A stretch of 24,000 nt of DNA from Methylobacter luteus IMV-B-3098 (GTDB lineage Bacteria; Pseudomonadota; Gammaproteobacteria; Methylococcales; Methylomonadaceae): positions 3,856,313 to 3,880,312 of the forward strand of contig NZ_KE386569.1 of NCBI RefSeq assembly GCF_000427625.1, written 5' to 3'. The first letter of the stretch is position 1. Each line of letters opens with the position of its first letter. This document shows, in pieces, positions 18,115 through 24,000 of this stretch. A program made the position numbers and the translations under genes. Below the pieces are notes generated by a model, which was given only the letters and a program-made list of their open reading frames with translations, searched no databases and had not been told where the DNA came from.

Positions 18115-18194
18115 ATGAGTCGCCCACTTCGGCTAGAGTTTGCAGGCGTTTGTATCATGTAACCTCTCGGGGCAATGAGGAAAAGCCAATTTAG
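18115..18194 (+). pseudogene. N-terminal remnant of an IS200/RAYT-like Y1 transposase (COG1943-type), frameshifted and truncated
   Basis: The ATG at 18115 gives MSRPLRLEFAG. After a 1-nt frame slip near 18148-18150 the sequence reads LYHVTSRGNEEKPI and then stops at 18192-18194. PLR(I/L)E(F/Y)xGAxYHVxxRGN is the conserved N-terminus of this transposase family as I remember it. The remainder of the gene is absent. Confidence 0.5.
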
Positions 18195-18275
18195 TCAGCA
18201 TACAGGATCGGAAATATCCGGGTTTCTCACCATAATTTACAAGCTTTTATTACCATTTTTTGAGGGCTTACATTC

Positions 18276-19286
18276 ATGCCGCATTTTGAAAACAGCTTTA
18301 ACCCAAACACTGATGTCATTTACGGAACAGGACTCTGGATTCATATTTATCTCTACAATTATTATTTCAGATGGCCGTACGGGTACCCCGAGATCAGGAA
18401 AGACGACCTGAGATTAAGCGTGAAGTTTCCAAAGGGAGAATACGAGTCGCAGATGGCTGCCGCGCATGATAGATACGGGCTCAACGTCATAAACCTGTAT
18501 AACGAGCCAATTACCCCAAAAAGCTTCAATGTCAGCAACGACAAAAAAGTGGGCAAGCCGAATTTCGGACAGGTAAACCAAAAAGATAAAACCACGGAAA
18601 AATTAGCCCAAGATTATTTTGACAGCCTTGTAGACTGCAAGCATTACGGGCCCGAGTCAGTCGAGGGGCAGATCACTGAACGCCTGATACGGTCTTTGAA
18701 AAAATATCAGGATAGCAACTCATTGAATTTTAGTCAGAATCTATCGGGCAGAGGGTCGAAGAAGGTTGCGTTTGATCTTTATGATGTATGCATCAGGCGA
18801 TCCTGCAAATTTGGAATATATTATTTCACGGGCATCAAGAGTGCGAAATTGCATTATATTCTCGATGAGATGGATATTGGTGCCATAGTGAATAAAAGCA
18901 CAATGAAAAATGAAACGACTCAAAAGAGCAAGGTTCCAATTTGCACCTCGGAAGTCCGCTATATTTTTCGCCACTGGAATTCCTTGCGAAACGGTTCGGT
19001 ATATTTTTATCTAGACTTCCAGTTGTGCCCCTCTCCTTGGGAACATGACAAATGGAAGCAGCATTTTCCGGATTGGGCTAGATATGCAGAGTCCCGGGTC
19101 CAAAAATACCGCAAGCAGATACTGGCCGGTATGAATAACCTTGCGATTCTAAATAGATTTGATGAGTGTTCAGATGCTTTTACTCAATCGCCGAATGCTA
19201 TGAATGCAAAGAAGGTAATCAACGCTTTCCATGATTTACCCGTTAATTTGGTGAACAGCCCATCCGATGATACGGCCAAGATCTAG
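18276..19286 (+). CDS. Hypothetical 336-aa cytoplasmic protein (no family recognised); possible immunity protein or second effector
   Basis: It is a long uninterrupted AT-rich ORF with SD gaggg about 10 nt upstream. There is no signal peptide or TM segment, and I could identify no catalytic motif. Confidence 0.55.
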   Translation: MPHFENSFNPNTDVIYGTGLWIHIYLYNYYFRWPYGYPEIRKDDLRLSVKFPKGEYESQMAAAHDRYGLNVINLYNEPITPKSFNVSNDKKVGKPNFGQVNQKDKTTEKLAQDYFDSLVDCKHYGPESVEGQITERLIRSLKKYQDSNSLNFSQNLSGRGSKKVAFDLYDVCIRRSCKFGIYYFTGIKSAKLHYILDEMDIGAIVNKSTMKNETTQKSKVPICTSEVRYIFRHWNSLRNGSVYFYLDFQLCPSPWEHDKWKQHFPDWARYAESRVQKYRKQILAGMNNLAILNRFDECSDAFTQSPNAMNAKKVINAFHDLPVNLVNSPSDDTAKI

Positions 19287-19485
19287 CCGATTATGGATAA
19301 ACATAAGCGCTCCTATACTGATATTCTCAAGAAATAAATGTCGGCAAGCTTCCATTGATGGTTCAATAGCGTCCCGAAGTCATGCTGCAGAATTCAAAAC
19401 GGATTAGCGTTATTACGCAAGCCGGGATGGTTGATAGGCAGAATGTGACCAACCATGCATTTTCTTTTCCAGCGGAATACTTGAG

Positions 19486-19512
19486 CAGGACGGGGTTTAT
19501 AACCCCGTCCTG
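19486..19512. other. Perfect 12-bp inverted repeat (hairpin) in a non-coding border region
   Basis: caggacggggtt (19486-19497) pairs with aaccccgtcctg (19501-19512) around loop tat. It lies 200 nt downstream of the last cassette ORF and has no convincing T-tract. Confidence 0.4.
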
Positions 19513-19915
19513 AATGTTTCGAAACCGTTCTCCGGTGGTAATTACAATTCTAAAGGATGAGGTTTCCCACCGGCGCAATGTTTGCGATGCTCGATATCCG
19601 CGCGGAAACTCCGGAAATCGAGAAATTCACTATTGGGAATGAAGCGCTTCGGGATCGGCTATGTTTCGACCGCTGCGACGGGGGGGATGCCTCATCGCGC
19701 TCGAAGCAGCTGATTGACTTACTCTCCCTGCCATCACTATGCCTGTTTTGGCATCTTGTCGTCGGGCAGGACTATAAGTGGCATCAACCTGGGAAGTGCA
19801 AGTCAGGAATCTAAGCAATAAGCCATAATCCATAGTGTGCTATCAAGATTAACTATAATTCACCGAACTAAGCAACCAGTAAATCTGGTCAGGTAGATGC
19901 GAGAATTGGAATATT

Positions 19916-21265
19916 ATGAACCGCAATAAACGACGGCTTGCAGCCAAGCAAAGCAAGCGGCAAAAACAGGCCAATCCGGGCAGCGCCTTACCATCGGCGA
20001 TCAGCCTGCATCAAAAGGGGCAGCTGGGCGAGGCCGAGAAAATCTATCGGTCGATTCTGGCAAGGCAGCCGGATAATCCCGACGCGCTGCATTTCCTCGG
20101 CGTGCTGCTGCATCAGACCGGCCAAAGCGACAAGGCCATCGCCAGCGTTAATCAGGCGCTCCGAATCAATCCATCCTACCTGGACGCCTGCAATAATCTG
20201 GGCAATATCTATAAAGAGACAGGCGACATGCAAAAGGCGGCCGAGACGTATCGAAAGGTGATTGACATGGCGCCCGACCATGCCGGTGCCTGCAACAATC
20301 TGGGTGTGGTGCTCAGAAATTTGGGCGCATACGAGGAATCGGTGCGCGCATTGCTGAAAGCCGCCGAGCTAAGCCCGGACAATGCCGATGTTTTCCAGAA
20401 TCTCGGCAATAGCTATCAGGAGCAGGACGAATACGACAAGGCGGCCGTTGCCTACCAGCAAGCCATTGCCATAAAACCGCACCACAAATACGCCTATGAG
20501 AGTTTATGGCGGATGATGTTAAAAACGGGCCAGCCCGATCAAGCCATGGATGTTTTGCGACGCTGGATCCAGGCTGACCCGGAAAATCCGATTGCCAGGC
20601 ACCATTTTTCCGCCTGTATGGGCGAAAATATTCCCGACCGGGCTTCACAGGCTTACATACAGGACATCTTCGATAAGTTTGCGGCCAGCTTCGACACAGT
20701 GCTGAACAGGCTCGATTATCGGGCGCCCGAGTTGGTCACGCAGGCCGTATCCGTTCTGTTCCCCGACCCCCGACCAGCCCTCAGGATGCTGGACGCAGGC
20801 TGCGGAACCGGACTGTGCGGACCTTTGTTGCGGCCTTATGCCCGCATGCTGGTCGGGGTTGACCTGTCTTCCGGCATGCTGAACAAAGCCAGGGGGCGTA
20901 ACCTCTATGACGACCTGGTCGAAGCCGATCTGGTGGACTATTTAAGCCGATACGAAGCCGCTTTCGATGTGATCGTCTCCGCTGATACACTGGTTTACTT
21001 TGGCGAGCTCGGCCCTTTTCTACAGGCTGCCGCGCGTGCTCTGGCTTCAGCGGGCTGCCTGGTTTTTACTGTGGAAAAAAGCGACGAAAACAGCGGCAAC
21101 GGCTTTAAATTGAACCCTCATGGCCGTTATGCGCATACGCATGAGTATATAAAGACTACCTTGACGGCGTGGGGCTTCGATATGCGTGCGGCGGACACGG
21201 TTGTGCTGCGCAAGGAGGCCGGTCAACCCGTGACTGGCTTGCTGGTGACGGCGACCTTAAAATAA
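19916..21265 (+). CDS. TPR-repeat protein fused to a class I SAM-dependent methyltransferase domain
   Basis: The N-terminal half has repeated TPR-like units (AEKIYRSILARQPDNPDALHFLGVLL, etc.). The C-terminal half has SAM motif I LDAGCGTGLCG plus VGVDLS and FDVIVSADTLVYFG. Confidence 0.8.
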   Translation: MNRNKRRLAAKQSKRQKQANPGSALPSAISLHQKGQLGEAEKIYRSILARQPDNPDALHFLGVLLHQTGQSDKAIASVNQALRINPSYLDACNNLGNIYKETGDMQKAAETYRKVIDMAPDHAGACNNLGVVLRNLGAYEESVRALLKAAELSPDNADVFQNLGNSYQEQDEYDKAAVAYQQAIAIKPHHKYAYESLWRMMLKTGQPDQAMDVLRRWIQADPENPIARHHFSACMGENIPDRASQAYIQDIFDKFAASFDTVLNRLDYRAPELVTQAVSVLFPDPRPALRMLDAGCGTGLCGPLLRPYARMLVGVDLSSGMLNKARGRNLYDDLVEADLVDYLSRYEAAFDVIVSADTLVYFGELGPFLQAAARALASAGCLVFTVEKSDENSGNGFKLNPHGRYAHTHEYIKTTLTAWGFDMRAADTVVLRKEAGQPVTGLLVTATLK

Positions 21266-21595
21266 ACGCCGCTCATCACATACCCGGGGAGTCGCTATTT
21301 TTGCGAAAGCCTGTTTAGGGGCATCCCAGCCCCAGCAAGGGGTCGAAACTTAGGCCCCCCACATGACTTGACGCCGTTTCGCGATGCCTTTTTTCATTGG
21401 AAAGCCCCTTGAATTGTTGCGCTCATTGGCATGAAGCAGCGCATTATGTTTTATTATTATCGTGCGGGATGAAATATCGGTCACCGCTTGTTTTTGAAGC
21501 TAACCGGTCATTCTCCAATTTATCCGATCCATGTTTATAGGGAAAGCCTGTAACCCGCTAATGAAAGAGAGCAGATTCAACCTTATATCCGTTCC

Positions 21596-22453
21596 ATGAA
21601 AATGCGCCATTACCTATGGGTATCCGCCATGCTGTTAAGCTCATGCGCGACGCCTTCCGAGCGTTTTGCCCAGGCGGCAAGCGCCTTGGGTCTTAAGGAG
21701 CTGACGCTCAGAACCGACCGGTTCGCGCACCGGATCTATCACCGTGCCGGCATCAGCAAAAACACAGCGGATAAGACGCTGCACGTTTATCTGGACGGCG
21801 ACGGCTCGCCTTGGCTGCAGAAGCGCTGGATCGCGGACGATCCAACTTCGCGCAATCCAATAATACTGAAGCTGATAGCGCAGGATAGCGCGCCTTCCAT
21901 TCTGCTGGGCCGGCCCTGCTATCACGGTTTCAGTCATACTGAACCCTGCCATAATAAATTCTGGACATCGCACCGCTATTCGGCGCCAGTCGTTGAAAGC
22001 ATGGCGTCGGCCCTGGTCCAATGGCTTGAAACGGCTGATTTTAATGAGATCGCGCTGATCGGCTACAGCGGCGGCGGCACGCTGGCAGTGCTCATCGCAC
22101 CTTACATCGATAAAGTCAAAACCGTCGTGACGGTGGCGGCCAACCTTGATGTCAAGTCCTGGAGCGAACTGCACGGCTATATGCCAATCAGTGGTTCGTT
22201 AAACCCGGTATCCGGTCCCTTGCTGCCATCCTCCATCAGGCAGTTTCATTTTACCGGCGGCAAGGATGATAACGTGCCGCCGTTCATTACCGATGCCTTC
22301 GTCAAATCCCGCAACGGCGGGCAGGCTATTGTCTATAGCGATTTCGACCATCAATGCTGCTGGGCCGAAGCGTGGCCTTCGATACTTGAAAAAATCCAGT
22401 CGTGTTGCGCCAGCGAGGGGCTTTCCGGGTTCGGCAGACTGTACGATCAATGA
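21596..22453 (+). CDS. Alpha/beta-hydrolase-fold lipoprotein
   Basis: It has a signal peptide with lipobox LLSS|C (MKMRHYLWVSAMLLSSCATP), a nucleophile-elbow-like motif IGYSGGG, and D/H residues in the C-terminal part. Confidence 0.6.
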   Translation: MKMRHYLWVSAMLLSSCATPSERFAQAASALGLKELTLRTDRFAHRIYHRAGISKNTADKTLHVYLDGDGSPWLQKRWIADDPTSRNPIILKLIAQDSAPSILLGRPCYHGFSHTEPCHNKFWTSHRYSAPVVESMASALVQWLETADFNEIALIGYSGGGTLAVLIAPYIDKVKTVVTVAANLDVKSWSELHGYMPISGSLNPVSGPLLPSSIRQFHFTGGKDDNVPPFITDAFVKSRNGGQAIVYSDFDHQCCWAEAWPSILEKIQSCCASEGLSGFGRLYDQ

Positions 22454-22513
22454 ACACCGTCCCAGAAAGTTGTCTGATCGGCTTGGCCGCCGCTTTCAAA
22501 AGGGCATCAGCTG

Positions 22514-24000
22514 TCAGAACAGGAGGGACGGCGTTGTCTTTTTGTGCATGTAGGCATAATTGACAACGATTTTCCAGCTCTCGCCGGCACCGAAGTTAAT
22601 AGAATCCCAGGCGGCAATCTTAGAGATCTCGGTATTGCCTTCGATGAAGGAATAATAGCCAATGCTGTCGTCGTCAATCAGCATCAGCCTGCCGAAAGCC
22701 TGTAGCGACGGCGAGTGATTGCTGGCCGGGTCAAGAAACAGGTTGCTGGCGATATATTGGGGCGATTCGTCAAATATGATCAGCCCATCGCTGCGCATGA
22801 TCCAGACATTCCTGGGATGAGCCTCGGATTTGGAACCAAGCGGAAAAAAATCAGGCAGCACTCTTTCCGGGTACAGGCGGGCTTCGAGGCAATAGACAAT
22901 AGGGCTGTCTTGCGGCACGGGCACGCGATAGCTCAGCATCAGTCGCTCGTTTTCTATCTGGACGATAGGTTCCTTATGCTGTTGAACATAATTGCCGCCG
23001 TCTTTGCTAAAAACATTCGGGATTTCGGACGCTTTCCGAAGCGAGAAAGATTCGAATGTCGGATACCGGCTGTGCAGTTGAGCAAGCAGTTGCCGCGTCG
23101 CATCCGAATCCGGCCCGTCGATTTGAGCCGCGACCTGATTAAGGTCCGAGAGCAAGCGGCTGGTTCCGGCCGAGATGGCATGAGCTATCGCCCGCGCCTG
23201 CTGTTGCGATTGCTCGCCGAAAGCCGTCACCATGACCAGGGATTCCTCAGCTTGTATTTTGGCCTGTTCCATCTGTCGGGCATAATAAACCGAAAAGCCC
23301 GCCCCGCCGATGACAGTTATCGCCAGCAAACCGGCCATAACGATCATGGATTTGTTTTGTGACACAAAACGGCGCAGCAACTCCTGTTTCGAATAGGCAT
23401 AGGTATTCACCATGCGCCCCTCCCGGAAGGCTTTCAATTGGCCAGCCAGTTCGCCGGCATTGGCGAATCGTTCGTCAGCCTTCTTGTGCATGGCTTTCTC
23501 GCAGATGGCGACCAGTTCGGGCGGCGCGGTTGGGTTGATCTTTTTTGCCGAAGGGGATGCCTTGCCGGCCTCGATCTGCTTCTGGATGTCGGGCAACGGG
23601 CCGCGATAAGGCAGTTCGCCGGTGATTATCCGGTACAGAATGACACCAAGGCTATAGACATCACTGGCCTTGCCGTCAATGCCTTTGAATTGTTCAGGCG
23701 CCATATAAGCCGGCGTTCCCAGGACTTCGGACGTCGTAGTGTCGCTCAGCGTGTGGCGCTGGTGCGTCAGAACTTCGCGATAGAAATGGGTGTTATCGTC
23801 ATCATCGAGAATCTGCGCCAGGCCCCAGTCGAGAATAATCGTTTCGCCAAAGCTGCCGCCAATGATATTGCCGGGTTTCAGGTCCCGATGAATAACGCCT
23901 TTGGAATGGGCGTAGGCCACTGTGTCGCAAACATCGATCAGGATATTCAGCAACTTGATGCGCCGCGCGAATGCCATCCCGACTTCCGTTTGCGCGCACT
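22514..24000 (-). CDS. Transmembrane Hanks-type Ser/Thr protein kinase with a C-terminal extracytoplasmic domain; N-terminus lies beyond the window end
   Basis: The frame is open to nt 24000, so the M at 23977 is internal. Kinase motifs are HRDLKPGNI, DWGLA (a DFG variant) and GTPAYMAPE. One TM segment (MIVMAGLLAITVIGGAGFSVYY) maps to about nt 23282-23347. A domain of about 255 aa with no recognised family follows, outside the membrane. Confidence 0.85.
   Translation of the reverse strand, partial: CAQTEVGMAFARRIKLLNILIDVCDTVAYAHSKGVIHRDLKPGNIIGGSFGETIILDWGLAQILDDDDNTHFYREVLTHQRHTLSDTTTSEVLGTPAYMAPEQFKGIDGKASDVYSLGVILYRIITGELPYRGPLPDIQKQIEAGKASPSAKKINPTAPPELVAICEKAMHKKADERFANAGELAGQLKAFREGRMVNTYAYSKQELLRRFVSQNKSMIVMAGLLAITVIGGAGFSVYYARQMEQAKIQAEESLVMVTAFGEQSQQQARAIAHAISAGTSRLLSDLNQVAAQIDGPDSDATRQLLAQLHSRYPTFESFSLRKASEIPNVFSKDGGNYVQQHKEPIVQIENERLMLSYRVPVPQDSPIVYCLEARLYPERVLPDFFPLGSKSEAHPRNVWIMRSDGLIIFDESPQYIASNLFLDPASNHSPSLQAFGRLMLIDDDSIGYYSFIEGNTEISKIAAWDSINFGAGESWKIVVNYAYMHKKTTPSLLF

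Larger units (their letters stand above)
14615..19915. other. AT-rich accessory region (putative T6SS effector/immunity cassette stack) between clpV and a TPR-methyltransferase gene
   Basis: Composition drops sharply after the clpV stop. My spot counts are 20/60 G+C at 17341-17400 against 41/60 at 12601-12660. The region holds toxin-like ORFs, a clpV 3' remnant and a transposase remnant. GC rises again at about 19916. Confidence 0.7.

Noticed and set aside
18175-18411. A 78-aa plus-strand ORF overlapping the start of ORF 18276-19286.
   Set aside because: It has no SD and overlaps a much longer ORF in another frame. Its 5' part probably reflects degenerate sequence continuing from the transposase remnant.
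19363-19833. ORFs 19363-19578(-), 19557-19814(+) and 19630-19833(-).
   Set aside because: They overlap one another and have no SD or recognisable domain. I treat them as non-coding pending a homology search.
1-24000. Search for CRISPR arrays, tRNA/rRNA genes and intact transposase or integrase genes.
   Set aside because: I saw no regularly spaced direct repeats, no tRNA-like or rRNA-like sequence, and no intact mobility gene. The only mobility trace is the ~80-nt Y1-transposase remnant.

Overview
All calls rest on ORF structure, motifs I recognise by eye and synteny; no database search was possible. The window holds a near-complete type VI secretion system (T6SS) core cluster on the + strand. 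Its order is tssM (5'-truncated by the window edge), a tagF::PP2C-phosphatase fusion, tssA, tssB, tssC, hcp, tagJ, tssE, tssF, tssG and clpV. This matches the Pseudomonas aeruginosa H1-T6SS arrangement, but no vgrG or PAAR gene follows clpV. Instead clpV is followed by a roughly 5.3 kb AT-rich accessory region (about 14615-19915). That region contains: (i) an aspzincin/M35-like HExxH metallopeptidase gene plus a signal-peptide protein gene; (ii) a frameshifted ~355-nt second copy of the clpV 3' end; (iii) a 319-aa protein with a clear HAE...PCxxC zinc-deaminase signature, candidate nucleic-acid deaminase toxin; (iv) a short frameshifted IS200/RAYT-like (Y1 transposase) N-terminal remnant; (v) an unrecognised 336-aa ORF. 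The duplicated clpV 3' end suggests effector cassettes were stacked by recombination that used clpV as the homology anchor. Downstream lie a TPR-SAM methyltransferase, an alpha/beta-hydrolase lipoprotein and, on the - strand, a membrane-spanning Hanks-type Ser/Thr kinase that runs off the window. No rRNA, tRNA or CRISPR array was seen.
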